This document shows, one piece after another, positions 39,665 through 49,354 of a stretch of 64,000 nucleotides of DNA (positions within the stretch are counted from its first letter, which is position 1; every line of letters begins with the position of its first letter). The translations under genes and the position numbers were made by a program. Under the pieces are notes generated by a model. It ran no database searches, had not been told where the DNA came from, and saw only the letters and a list, made by a program, of their open reading frames with translations. Where the stretch lies: positions 38,474-102,473 of the IMG/VR virus record IMGVR_UViG_3300012954_000009, one strand, 5' to 3'. The DNA is from a virus.

Positions 39665-39948
39665 TATTTCTTTTTTCTTTTGGTTGTTCTTCTTTTCTTA
39701 GCTCCTGTTCTATTAGTTCCTTTATGAAGACCATGCTTTGCATGTTGCTTACCTGCTTTAGTTGCAGCTCTTTTTTTCTTATTTGCTGCAGCTAACTTCT
39801 TCCTTCCCTTAGATGTACTCTTAAGTTTTGAGATTGTTCTTGAGGGTGCATACACCTCTCCTGTCTCAGAACTTTTCTTTCCAGAAGGAGTTCTCCATTT
39901 TTGCTTAGTCCATCTATCTAGACTTTTTTGTTGTTTTGTTTTAGCCAT
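39664..39948 (-). CDS. Small Lys/Arg-rich basic protein (resembles the C-terminal part of DUF5872-type proteins)
   Basis: 94 aa. QKSLDRWTKQKWRT motif. TAATG overlaps at both ends. Confidence 0.7.
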   Translation of the reverse strand: MAKTKQQKSLDRWTKQKWRTPSGKKSSETGEVYAPSRTISKLKSTSKGRKKLAAANKKKRAATKAGKQHAKHGLHKGTNRTGAKKRRTTKRKKK

Positions 39949-40196
39949 TACTTGCCTACTTTTCTCTGAGCCATTTTATGTGACGCAGTAAATGTTGCAC
40001 CTTTTTTCATAGCATCAACCATAGCTTTAATATGCTTCTTAGTATGATGTACAGAATGCTTTTTAAGTGTAGTAGCTTGTCTGCTAGTCAATCCTTTTGT
40101 TGGAACACCTTTTACAGTCTTAACTGATCCACCTTTCTTATATACGCTTTTAGCCATTGGCTTTGCACCTACAGGCTTTTTCTTTTTTAGTGCCAT
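39948..40196 (-). CDS. Small Lys/His-rich basic protein
   Basis: 82 aa. KKHSVHHTKKHIKAM...GATFTASHKMAQ. TAATG overlaps at both ends. Confidence 0.7.
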   Translation of the reverse strand: MALKKKKPVGAKPMAKSVYKKGGSVKTVKGVPTKGLTSRQATTLKKHSVHHTKKHIKAMVDAMKKGATFTASHKMAQRKVGK

Positions 40197-40393
40197 TACT
40201 TTTTACTTTTATATCCTCCACCAGCTGCTTTATAACGCTTAGCTAACATTTGAGCTTTACGTGCTGACCATTGTCCTGGTCTTCCACCTTTGCTTCCGGC
40301 TTTGATTTGGTTAAACAATCTTTTACGCATAGTAGGTTTAGTATAGTTCCCACTACTATTTACCGTACTTTTTTTCTTTTTCTTTGCTGGCAT
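40196..40393 (-). CDS. Small basic protein (resembles the N-terminal part of DUF5872-type proteins)
   Basis: 65 aa. NYTKPTMRKRLF...GSKGGRPGQWSARKAQMLAKRYKAAGGGY. Confidence 0.75.
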   Translation of the reverse strand: MPAKKKKKSTVNSSGNYTKPTMRKRLFNQIKAGSKGGRPGQWSARKAQMLAKRYKAAGGGYKSKK

Positions 40394-40395
40394 AA

Positions 40396-41067
40396 TTATC
40401 TATTTATATTTTGTTTATTGTCTGCATCTTCTGACGGTACCTTAATAGTATTAAATATTACAGCAAGTACTTGTTGTTCTATTTCAGCAAATAAAAATTC
40501 TGGTATATTCATTTGTTGCATATATCTAGGAATACAGTCATCATCTTTATCACAAGTCCACTTTGATATATCTCCTTCAAATACCCCTTCTAATAAAACA
40601 GCATCCCAATCTATATTTGGCATATATAAATATCCATTTAGATACCAAAAATATTTAGTTGAATTATATTTAAATGATGTTGTTTTAGTCATTGAAGTAT
40701 ATGTACCAGGTTGAGTGGCTTGCAATTCTATAGAACCATCTATTGAACTTACTGTTCTAATTAGTGGTCCCCAATAACCTTCCATAAATGTTGGAAGCTT
40801 ATCTTTAGTCCTTTTTATGATACATCCTGATCTTATTCCTGTACAGTGAGCTTCTACTTTATCTACTTCAATTAATTCTAGATATGGTAATGTTTGCCAA
40901 ACACTATTGAATTTCATAAGTTTGTTAGCATGGTCTTGCCTTCTCATTAACAACTGAGCAAACTTTAGAATTAAACTATAAATGTATCTATCAGTAACAA
41001 AAGCATCTTGTACTTCTGCTTTTACCTGACCTCTAATTCTTGATACTACATCTCCTATTGTTGTCAT
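40396..41067 (-). CDS. Ring / adaptor-like structural protein
   Basis: 223 aa. Same helix-beta-helix layout as the other ring genes (YFWYLNGYLY). Assigned by crAss-like synteny. Confidence 0.55.
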   Translation of the reverse strand: MTTIGDVVSRIRGQVKAEVQDAFVTDRYIYSLILKFAQLLMRRQDHANKLMKFNSVWQTLPYLELIEVDKVEAHCTGIRSGCIIKRTKDKLPTFMEGYWGPLIRTVSSIDGSIELQATQPGTYTSMTKTTSFKYNSTKYFWYLNGYLYMPNIDWDAVLLEGVFEGDISKWTCDKDDDCIPRYMQQMNIPEFLFAEIEQQVLAVIFNTIKVPSEDADNKQNINR

Positions 41068-41073
41068 TTTACT

Positions 41074-41634
41074 TTAGCTTTCAAATTCATCATAACCATC
41101 TAACTTTGATTTTGGAGGATCAAAGTTGAATAAATGGGCTATTCTATATTTATTTTTCATTACTCTATACATGTTCCAATTATCAGGATATGCTTTAGCA
41201 ACTGATCTCTTAAATTTTCTACAGGCCTTAAATCTCCAAAACTCCCTGTTTTTAAATCTATATTTAGTAGACCAGTTAGTATAAAATATCTTTCCTATGT
41301 TACCATCAGTTTCCCAATTTTTATTTTGTAAAACCTTACCATATTCTTTTGATAATGCATAGTTTGTATTAACAGTTTTAGAAGGTGAACATGTTCCTAT
41401 AAAAAGAAACCCTAATGAATCTGGTAATTCTACACCATCTCTATTATCTATTACTCCATTCCATAACCTATTATTATATAATTTAATAATATCTTTTAAC
41501 TTATCATTATCTATATTTTCATAATGAGGATACTTATCTTTAAATTTCCTTATTATTTCTGCATTTAGTAGCCCAAGTCTTTTTTCTCTATATCTAGGAG
41601 CTTTCAAATCAGGCTTTCTAAAATTGTTAATCAT
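41074..41634 (-). CDS. Basic protein, possibly IHF/HU-like as found in crAss-like tail modules
   Basis: 186 aa. IKLYNNRLWNGVIDNRDGVELPDSLGFLFI resembles the HU/IHF helix-strand motif. Position matches the IHF-like genes of crAss-like phages. Confidence 0.45.
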   Translation of the reverse strand: MINNFRKPDLKAPRYREKRLGLLNAEIIRKFKDKYPHYENIDNDKLKDIIKLYNNRLWNGVIDNRDGVELPDSLGFLFIGTCSPSKTVNTNYALSKEYGKVLQNKNWETDGNIGKIFYTNWSTKYRFKNREFWRFKACRKFKRSVAKAYPDNWNMYRVMKNKYRIAHLFNFDPPKSKLDGYDEFES

Positions 41635-41668
41635 AGTTTATATTTATAATTTACAAAAAAAAGACCAC

Positions 41669-42919
41669 TTATGAAAGTTTAAATGGTTCTGATTCAGTTG
41701 AGGTATAAGTTAATTCACATATGTTACCTTCATCTTTTGTCTGCAGTTCTAGTTTTGCTGATCTTCTATTGCCTACATACTTATTATGATAATGGTAGTA
41801 ATCTGTTCTACATAGGCTTGGTAATGTCTTGTGTATGAAACCCGTTGTCTCACTTGTTGTTACATATTCTATTTTCCTATTTTGATGAAAGTGTCCTGTA
41901 AATAATGTTCTATTTTTAGTTCTACCCCAATCAAGAGGAAATTCTGAAGCATATACAAGAGGTGTATTTTTACTTACTGCATCACCATGTTCAAATGCAT
42001 TGAAGTTATTACCCCATACATGAACTTTTCTTTCTGCATATTCTGTATCCCATTCTATTTGATCACTTACTATAGACTTAGATAAAGCATGAACTAAATG
42101 ATAAGAAGATAATCTATCATGATTACCAGGAATATATACCACAACTAACTTGTTACAGTGGTTTACTAAAACATTTATAGCCCAGTGCATTGCATCAAAG
42201 GCTTGTATATATGCATTAGTTGCTCTAGTAGAGTTATCTAATGGAGTTCCACTTGTAGTTGTACCATTCCAAGTATCCATATTTATTAGATCACCTCCTA
42301 CAATAAAATATAATTTATCTATATTATGAGCAGCAACTCCTCTTTTTATTAAATCTAAAACAGCTTCTTCAAAATCTTGATCTATTGTTTCATTCCCTTC
42401 TTTACCAAAATGTATATCTTGTAGTGACATTATACCACATACGTTTTCTTTTTCATAACTAAAACCTTTTGGTACTTTTAGCTTCGGTATTTTATATTTT
42501 TTGGGACTCCAATTATTAATTAATTCTTTTAAATAATTTTCTTCTTGATCTTTTAACTTAGTAACTAGAGCGGATATTCTCCAGTGATCTGACATTTGCT
42601 TATTCCAGAATTGAGAAAGTTTCCATTTAGAAGTATCTATATTTAAAAGCTTTACTATTTCTTCAGCAGTCTTAGGCTCAGACTGAGAAACACCTGTAAA
42701 AGTTGCTCTGCCTTCATCTATATCATATTTCTGATCATAACTACCTGATACTTCTTGTGATGATAACTTATTTAATCTTCTTGTTTTTTTTCTGTCTGAC
42801 AGTATGGTTTTCTTTATATCTCTATACTCCTCCTCTGATATACCAATCTTATCTGCACAGTATTTATCATTCTTTTTCCATTTTAAAGAATGTACTACTT
42901 TTTTCTTTAGATTTGACAT
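41669..42919 (-). CDS. Calcineurin-like metallophosphoesterase with N-terminal HTH-like region
   Basis: 416 aa. Complete motif set: DIHFG, GGDLIN, PGNHD, EHGD, TGHFH. Confidence 0.9.
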   Translation of the reverse strand: MSNLKKKVVHSLKWKKNDKYCADKIGISEEEYRDIKKTILSDRKKTRRLNKLSSQEVSGSYDQKYDIDEGRATFTGVSQSEPKTAEEIVKLLNIDTSKWKLSQFWNKQMSDHWRISALVTKLKDQEENYLKELINNWSPKKYKIPKLKVPKGFSYEKENVCGIMSLQDIHFGKEGNETIDQDFEEAVLDLIKRGVAAHNIDKLYFIVGGDLINMDTWNGTTTSGTPLDNSTRATNAYIQAFDAMHWAINVLVNHCNKLVVVYIPGNHDRLSSYHLVHALSKSIVSDQIEWDTEYAERKVHVWGNNFNAFEHGDAVSKNTPLVYASEFPLDWGRTKNRTLFTGHFHQNRKIEYVTTSETTGFIHKTLPSLCRTDYYHYHNKYVGNRRSAKLELQTKDEGNICELTYTSTESEPFKLS

Positions 42920-42968
42920 TAGAAATTTATATTAGTTAGAATTTGCAATTTAGTAAATTTTTTGCTAT

Positions 42969-43001
42969 AAAAAAAGAGGGAGCACTAAAGGTGTCCCTCT
43001 T
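42969..43001 (-). terminator. Rho-independent terminator
   Basis: Minus strand GAGGGACAC-CTTTA-GTGCTCCCTC followed by T7, just after the 192-aa gene. Confidence 0.75.
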
Positions 43002-43041
43002 CCAACTTCTGTAATAGAAAACCAACAAACTATCACTTCTG

Positions 43042-43620
43042 TTATAATGTTGACTTGTACACCCAAATTTCAGAGTCACATACCTCCCCTGCAATTGCGG
43101 TTGCTTCAAGTTTAAATCTGTATCCTGTCTGAGGAGTAAGATTAGGAATAGTAAAACTAAATACCCCTGCTCCTACAGTCCCTTGACTTACCCATCCTGT
43201 TGGGTTAACCGCTGTATCCATTAAAATATTAATAGTTGCTGTTCCTGGATCTTCTCCGGCCCATAATATTTGAATTGTATTTGCGGTTACTGTACCAAAA
43301 TATATATTGTTTGGTGCATGAAATTTGTTGCTAGATGTACAATCTGTAAGACCATTAAGAGCCTGACTAGTAGTTGCTCCTATTAATCTCATCATTCTTT
43401 GTAGGATAGATTCTAATCTTTCTCCTTCACTTATAACAAACGTTTCTCCTTTATCATCTTCTACTTCTGTTGTTGGACCATTCCATACAACACATGCCAT
43501 AGAAACAGACTCTTCACATCTTTCTGCAGGAGGATTGCACTCAGTATAAGTACATGGATTTGAAAGAGCACCATTACCACAGCACTCACTCGGATGACAT
43601 TTTGTACAATTGCAAGCCAT
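43042..43620 (-). CDS. Cys-rich structural protein with C-terminal fibronectin type III domain
   Basis: 192 aa. N-terminal CxC/CC cluster, then TANTIQILW...FTIPNLTPQTGYRFKLEA (FN3 pattern). Confidence 0.7.
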   Translation of the reverse strand: MACNCTKCHPSECCGNGALSNPCTYTECNPPAERCEESVSMACVVWNGPTTEVEDDKGETFVISEGERLESILQRMMRLIGATTSQALNGLTDCTSSNKFHAPNNIYFGTVTANTIQILWAGEDPGTATINILMDTAVNPTGWVSQGTVGAGVFSFTIPNLTPQTGYRFKLEATAIAGEVCDSEIWVYKSTL

Positions 43621-43639
43621 ATTTTATTTTTTTAATTAT

Positions 43640-46600
43640 TTATTCTAAATTATTTGTACAAGTTATACAATCAGTTTCTATTGTATATGCTTGATTTGTT
43701 CCTGTATCACTAGTACCTTGAACTTGCCAGCATGTTTCTTTTCCACCAGGACCTGCTGTTCTAACTACATCTCCTACTTTTAATGTTTTAGCTGGATCTT
43801 CTAGTATACTAATAACTATGTCTGTTAACGCACATTCCTCATTATACTCTTGTAGTCTAAAATAATTATTTACTACAACTGGAGGATCTGCAGGAGTAGG
43901 ACAATCAGCTTGTCCATCTTTGAATAAGTATACACCTTTTTCAACCCAGTATCCTTCATCTGAAAGATTAGCAATAGAAGTTAATGTATCTGCCATTGAT
44001 GACTCACCAGGCTGATTCCAGAATCCTGTAATATTTTTAGTACGTAAACCTTCAACCATATTTCCACCTGAAGTAACTGCTTGAAAATAAGGCATAGCAT
44101 TAGCAATTCCTTGCATCATATAATTAGCTAAGTCAGGATCTGTTATTATACCATATTCATTTGGAGCAATTAGCCTACCCGCATAAGCACCAAATTGCTG
44201 TAATATATTAGCTGCTGTTACACTTTGAACATCCATTGTAATAGGAAGTACTGCTATCTGGTATCCGCTTTCAAAATAAGGATTTCCATCAAAACCTTGA
44301 CTTATACCAAAGGCACTTGTTTGTGATCCAGTAAGTATGTCTAAATGCTCATCATAATTTTGTAAATACTTTGCTGTAGGTTGTCCGTTAGGGAATGCGC
44401 CCCATCCTGAAACTAATGTTGGATCATGATAATCAGGAGATGAACCATTACTCATGACTAGAATAGCACAAGATTTTGCTTTTTTTCCTGATGTCCATTC
44501 TGATGGTAGTCTTCTAATTGCTACCCACTCTGGTGAACCATTTAAAGATGCTCCGGTCTCTCCAACTATCATTGCTTTACCATAACCTAACCAAGCAGAG
44601 TCAGTTGTTGGTATGATATTATATCCATAACCTGCAGCATCCCATTCTGGACATTCTGCTTTAGTTTCAGATTCTAGCTTATCAATTACAGATTTTACTG
44701 CAGCTGCATCAGCTGTAGAAAAACTACTTGTATTAACAAATACATTTACATCACCTTTATTAGGTCTGCCTGAACCAACTGAACTACCCATAATTGTAAT
44801 TGGGATAGTAACTGTTGAACTAGAACAAGCACCTTGTACTACTGTACTAATTTCTAAAGTTATAGTATCACCAATACATTGATCACTACCATTTTGTTGA
44901 TACACAAATTGATTATTAAATGTAGAGCTTTGTGAAAGAGTACCACATATTGGATTTTGAATTACATTTATTACTGGCGTTCCATCTCCAATTAAGTAAG
45001 GTACAGTGATTGTAGTATCTCCTCCAACAGGAACTTGTAATTGTTTTGTTATCTTCCAAGGCATTATAAATGCTGGACATTCACAACATAGAAGGACAGC
45101 TGTACAGTCTCCAAGTTCCGTCCAAGCAGAGTAAACATAATATATAGGTTCACTTGCTTGTGCTTGATACTTTCCAACATATGCCCAATATGATCTTGTC
45201 ATTGAATTACTACCTGGAACTTGATAAGATACATTATCACATTCAATTGCTCCTTTAGCAACTTGTATACCAGCTGGACAAGCTAAAGGTTGTAATGGAG
45301 TACCCAATAACTCTTGACAATTTTCAGCATCACTAAATACTGTCTGCTGATTTGTATTAAAGTCATATCTTAGAATAGTAAGTTTACTTGGGAATAAACC
45401 ATTAGGTAAACAATTCTCAAGTGCTTTTACATAAATAGATCCAGCAGCTACTCCTGTATTTACAGTAATAGTATTAGGAAATGAAGCTGGTTGGAATGTA
45501 CCAATGTCTGTCCAATTTATAAAGTCTGCACTCCATGCAACAGTTATATCACCAGGTGTAGCATTTCTTGAATCAATTTTAATATCAAAAGTTCCATTAG
45601 CAGATACTGTTGTATCCCAAGATAACTCAGGGTTTTTACAGTAACCGTTTCCTGCTTCTGTTGGTGGTTGTTTTATTAAACCATTAATAGGATCATAGTA
45701 ATATGGTTTCTGAGCATCACCAAGGTTTTTTCTACCTAAGTATATATCTGTTCCTGCTATGGTTGTATCTTTTGATGTACCAGAATGTAACACACTTGTA
45801 CAATTTACACCAGGTATGTCATATGTTCCTAATGGACATGTTACAGAAGCTCCAGAAGCTGTTGTAATTACAACAGTAAATTGAAGAGTTAATCCGGGTG
45901 TTAAACTATTAGCATCAACAACAGCAGATAAATTAGTACCAGGATTAGTTATCAAACCACCTGCTACTTGTGATCCCGTTTCTACAAATGTTGCTGACCA
46001 ATCATATGTTACAGTATTACCTAATGAATTAGACCATTGAAATACTACTGCATCACCTTTTGGTACTATATTAAATACTTGTGGGCAAGGTACTGACATA
46101 GGTATGCTAATCTGCGTACTGTCATTACATTGCTCATTTCCGCCACTAACACAAGTTATTACCTGAGCATTTATAGGAGCTGTAATATCTAAAGTTCCAA
46201 TTTGAATAACAACAGGTGCTACTGAACCACTTGATCCTGTTCCTAGTGCTGACCCAACTACATTAAAATTAGTACTTATAACGTTTCCTTGTGAGTCTGT
46301 TAAAATAATACTAGACCCACAATCAGTAAATCCTTGAGGAATAGTTGTAGCACTAAAGTTAAAAGCAATAGCTGTTGCTGCTCCTGTAGAGTCATCTGTT
46401 CTTACGTCTGCTGTATATAAAATATTTACACCGTCACAACCACTATCACAACAATTTTGTTGAATATCAGAAACTGCATTATATAAATCACATATAACAG
46501 CCCACTGATTTTGGTGACTAGCAGCTAAAGTATTAGCATTTACTACCCAACTTCTACCTGAACCATATGAAGTTCCAGTAGTTAAACTAAGGAAGGTTCC

Positions 46601-47275
46601 ATCAATACATTGTGCATTTATAGCTGCTTGTAATTCAATATTATCTCCAACTAAAGCAACGTGTGCACAAAATGCTGACTCTAATGCTAGTAATAAAACA
46701 GATGCTGGACCCGGTTGGCCTCCTGGTATAATACATTTTGATACTACTAAAGGATCTCCTCCTGTTGAAGGATTACAAGGTAATACACAATTTTCTAATA
46801 CTACAATTCTCTCTATTAATTCACTTATTTGATTGTTGATAATTGCTATAGCATCTAAAATATCACATATTGTGTTTGCTAGATATAAAGCATATTCATC
46901 TATTGGTAAAGCTGTTACTGGATTACCCTGTGCATTATTATAATGTAAACAGTCTGGTAATTCTACTATTATATTATCCGGACCTGTAGGAATAGCACAT
47001 ACATACTCAATTATTGCATTTAAATACTGAGCTAAATCTGGATTTTCTTGAGAAGGTGGTGGTATGCAATTTAACTTTAGTTCTCTTAAGTCAGGATTGC
47101 AATCACATGTTGCGTCTATAATATCACACAACTCTTGTGCAAGTTTAGCAATTACTTCACTAACTGTATCTCCATTGCATAAGTTTATACATGGAATATC
47201 TGGACCCTGCCATATCACACAATTTGATGATATAGGGTTACATGGTGCTGAACTGCCGTTATTAGTAGGAATCAT
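43640..47275 (-). CDS. Large Cys-rich fibre-like virion protein (short coiled coils plus Ig/FN3-like beta domains)
   Basis: 1211 aa, very Cys-rich. Heptad stretches (AIINNQISELIERIVVLE) and beta-rich repeats. Confidence 0.6.
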   Translation of the reverse strand: MIPTNNGSSAPCNPISSNCVIWQGPDIPCINLCNGDTVSEVIAKLAQELCDIIDATCDCNPDLRELKLNCIPPPSQENPDLAQYLNAIIEYVCAIPTGPDNIIVELPDCLHYNNAQGNPVTALPIDEYALYLANTICDILDAIAIINNQISELIERIVVLENCVLPCNPSTGGDPLVVSKCIIPGGQPGPASVLLLALESAFCAHVALVGDNIELQAAINAQCIDGTFLSLTTGTSYGSGRSWVVNANTLAASHQNQWAVICDLYNAVSDIQQNCCDSGCDGVNILYTADVRTDDSTGAATAIAFNFSATTIPQGFTDCGSSIILTDSQGNVISTNFNVVGSALGTGSSGSVAPVVIQIGTLDITAPINAQVITCVSGGNEQCNDSTQISIPMSVPCPQVFNIVPKGDAVVFQWSNSLGNTVTYDWSATFVETGSQVAGGLITNPGTNLSAVVDANSLTPGLTLQFTVVITTASGASVTCPLGTYDIPGVNCTSVLHSGTSKDTTIAGTDIYLGRKNLGDAQKPYYYDPINGLIKQPPTEAGNGYCKNPELSWDTTVSANGTFDIKIDSRNATPGDITVAWSADFINWTDIGTFQPASFPNTITVNTGVAAGSIYVKALENCLPNGLFPSKLTILRYDFNTNQQTVFSDAENCQELLGTPLQPLACPAGIQVAKGAIECDNVSYQVPGSNSMTRSYWAYVGKYQAQASEPIYYVYSAWTELGDCTAVLLCCECPAFIMPWKITKQLQVPVGGDTTITVPYLIGDGTPVINVIQNPICGTLSQSSTFNNQFVYQQNGSDQCIGDTITLEISTVVQGACSSSTVTIPITIMGSSVGSGRPNKGDVNVFVNTSSFSTADAAAVKSVIDKLESETKAECPEWDAAGYGYNIIPTTDSAWLGYGKAMIVGETGASLNGSPEWVAIRRLPSEWTSGKKAKSCAILVMSNGSSPDYHDPTLVSGWGAFPNGQPTAKYLQNYDEHLDILTGSQTSAFGISQGFDGNPYFESGYQIAVLPITMDVQSVTAANILQQFGAYAGRLIAPNEYGIITDPDLANYMMQGIANAMPYFQAVTSGGNMVEGLRTKNITGFWNQPGESSMADTLTSIANLSDEGYWVEKGVYLFKDGQADCPTPADPPVVVNNYFRLQEYNEECALTDIVISILEDPAKTLKVGDVVRTAGPGGKETCWQVQGTSDTGTNQAYTIETDCITCTNNLE

Positions 47276-47309
47276 AAATATTTTTTTTACAGCTGTTTAC
47301 GTAGTATAC

Positions 47310-47325
47310 TACTATAATAATATAC
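47310..47325 (-). promoter_or_regulatory. Putative phage late promoter GTATATTAT-W4-GTA
   Basis: GTATATTATTATAGTA upstream of the 1211-aa gene. Confidence 0.7.
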
Positions 47326-47374
47326 AAAAGTTTTCATAAACAAGCAAGGTTTATATATAGTATCTATTTTCATA

Positions 47375-48475
47375 TCATTCACTCTTATTTGATGATGGTA
47401 GATTGTCACAGCTAAAAGGTGTTCCAATTATTGTTGTTTTAATTTCCACTTCATCACACATTTTCATTGGTGTGCAATCTGGTTTCTCTTTACCTGTGTC
47501 TACAGTAATAGTAATTTTTTGTTGTCTACATTTACCTTCAGTCTTAAAACAATAACATATCTGTATAGTATGATCAGTGTTTTTTCTAGCATTAGGAATA
47601 ACTTGGTAAAACATACCATCATGATCCGTAAAACCTGTATTGCCACCATCTAAAATAATTTCATAATTATCAACTGGGTCTCCATATTGATCCTTTACAT
47701 GTATTGTAATACACTCACTACCATCACAAAATAAAGATTCTAGTTGGTTAATCTTAATTAAAGTTGCTTGTATTGATGCTTGAATATTTTGTAGTTCAAT
47801 ATTAAGTTCTTCAAGACTAACATTTAACTCATCAATAGCAGCTTGTGTATCTTTTATTACTTGTAAAAGGATCTCTTGTTCAGATATGAGTTTATCTAAA
47901 AGTTCTGATAGTTCCTCAAACTCTCGTTTAAGAGTTTCACATTCTCTTTCTCTTGCTTCATCTCCACAAACTTCTTTTAATTTTACTTCAAGAACTTCTC
48001 TCTCTGCTTCTAGCTCATCTATCTGCTGTTGAATAACTTTTAACAGTTGAGTTGCAGTCTCTAGCTTATCAGTTAAGTTGCTAATTGATAACTGTAAATC
48101 TGCAATTTGAGCTTCTATTTTACTTTCTGTAGCACATAATTCTTCTAGCTTATCATAAAGTTCTGCCAGTTGATCTAATATATTTTTAGAATCTTCTGGT
48201 TCAAAATACCCGCATCTTTTACACCAATCAGGTGCTAAAGGATCATCACAAGGATGTAGAGGTGAATTAGGATAAAAAATTTCAGAGTGTATTTTTTTTA
48301 TTTCAGGTATATCTTTCTTTAAACTTTCCCAGTCAGATATTTGTTTTTTGATTGATGCACCTATTGGATCTGAAATGCAACAAGGGGTAATACCAAATCT
48401 TTTAGACATAAAATCCAGATATACATTTTTAGCAAATACCTGTTGTGATTCTATTATTTTTATAGTATCGGTCAT
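47375..48475 (-). CDS. Coiled-coil, Cys-flanked structural protein with C-terminal beta domain
   Basis: 366 aa. About 150-aa heptad region interrupted by VCGDEARERECE. ATGA overlap with the upstream gene. Confidence 0.6.
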   Translation of the reverse strand: MTDTIKIIESQQVFAKNVYLDFMSKRFGITPCCISDPIGASIKKQISDWESLKKDIPEIKKIHSEIFYPNSPLHPCDDPLAPDWCKRCGYFEPEDSKNILDQLAELYDKLEELCATESKIEAQIADLQLSISNLTDKLETATQLLKVIQQQIDELEAEREVLEVKLKEVCGDEARERECETLKREFEELSELLDKLISEQEILLQVIKDTQAAIDELNVSLEELNIELQNIQASIQATLIKINQLESLFCDGSECITIHVKDQYGDPVDNYEIILDGGNTGFTDHDGMFYQVIPNARKNTDHTIQICYCFKTEGKCRQQKITITVDTGKEKPDCTPMKMCDEVEIKTTIIGTPFSCDNLPSSNKSE

Positions 48476-48654
48476 CTATTTAAATTTTTCTTAGCTCTTT
48501 CTATGTTCTGTGTTAAAGAACCTCTTAGTCTTTTATTACCTCCATTTTTAGCATTATATGCTGATAAACATGTTTTATGAACTGTAGCCCCATTTGTTGC
48601 TTTTGTTTTTTGACAGCCACATGTAAATCCTTTTCCGCAATGTGCACATCTCAT
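48472..48654 (-). CDS. Small Cys/His (zinc-finger-like) protein
   Basis: Probable true start is ATG at 48654 (60 aa, MRCAHCGKGFTCGCQK...VHKTC). The longer track call overlaps the upstream gene. Confidence 0.65.
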   Translation of the reverse strand: MRCAHCGKGFTCGCQKTKATNGATVHKTCLSAYNAKNGGNKRLRGSLTQNIERAKKNLNR

Positions 48655-48674
48655 TATGTTAGTTTTTATTTGGT

Positions 48675-49226
48675 TTAACAACAGAGAGCTGAGCAATCAA
48701 TTTTGCTCAATCTTCTCTTAGCATAATTATATAATTCCATACCTGCAGTAGCATCTTGACAGTATTCTACTTTTGCAACAGCAGCATCTATCAATGTTTT
48801 TATGTAACCTAACTCTGAAATTAATTCAGCTCTTTCACTATCTGGTTCACATGGTTTCATATCAATATCACAAAGAACTTGATGATATCTACTAAGAATG
48901 TTGCATACTCTAAGATGATTATATTCTACGTAAACCTTTTCTGTAGGTGCTACACTATATCTTATTATATATACACCATCTACAATATTACCTCTTGTAG
49001 TGCCACAATCTTCTTTTTGTATACCCAATGCACAACTGTTCAAACATAAATCAAATCCATGTTGTACATTTATTAAAGTAGGTTTGTTAAATCCCGGAGA
49101 AGTAATCAATAATTCTTCACAATCAATAGATAAGTCTGAAGTGTACTGACTAGTATCTTTTATGCATAGTATCTCACAATTGGATACAGGAGATAATTCT
49201 AAGCTTAATATGTGTTTATTAGCCAT
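48675..49226 (-). CDS. Structural protein, possibly tail-hub/fibre-docking
   Basis: 183 aa, Cys-rich. DGVYIIRYSV strand plus C-terminal helical hairpin. Position comparable to hub genes of crAss-like phages. Confidence 0.4.
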   Translation of the reverse strand: MANKHILSLELSPVSNCEILCIKDTSQYTSDLSIDCEELLITSPGFNKPTLINVQHGFDLCLNSCALGIQKEDCGTTRGNIVDGVYIIRYSVAPTEKVYVEYNHLRVCNILSRYHQVLCDIDMKPCEPDSERAELISELGYIKTLIDAAVAKVEYCQDATAGMELYNYAKRRLSKIDCSALCC

Positions 49227-49259
49227 TAATTTTTTGTTTTAGATATAGAATTAATACAA

Positions 49260-49275
49260 TACAATAATAATATAC
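49260..49275 (-). promoter_or_regulatory. Putative phage late promoter GTATATTAT-W4-GTA
   Basis: GTATATTATTATTGTA, just downstream of a terminator and upstream of the 183-aa gene. Confidence 0.72.
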
Positions 49276-49293
49276 AAAAAATAATCATAAGAT

Positions 49294-49329
49294 AAAAGAA
49301 AAGGGCCAGTTATAAAACTAGCCCTTTTT
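49294..49329 (-). terminator. Rho-independent terminator
   Basis: Minus strand GGGCTAGTT-TTAT-AACTGGCCC followed by TTTTCTTTT, after the 427-aa gene. Confidence 0.8.
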
Positions 49330-49354
49330 CTATTAAAGTTAAGAAAATTGCAGA

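Noticed and set aside
48655-48696. Track start of the 74-aa ORF at 48696
   Set aside because: It overlaps the upstream gene. ATG at 48654, after an A-rich spacer, is the better start.
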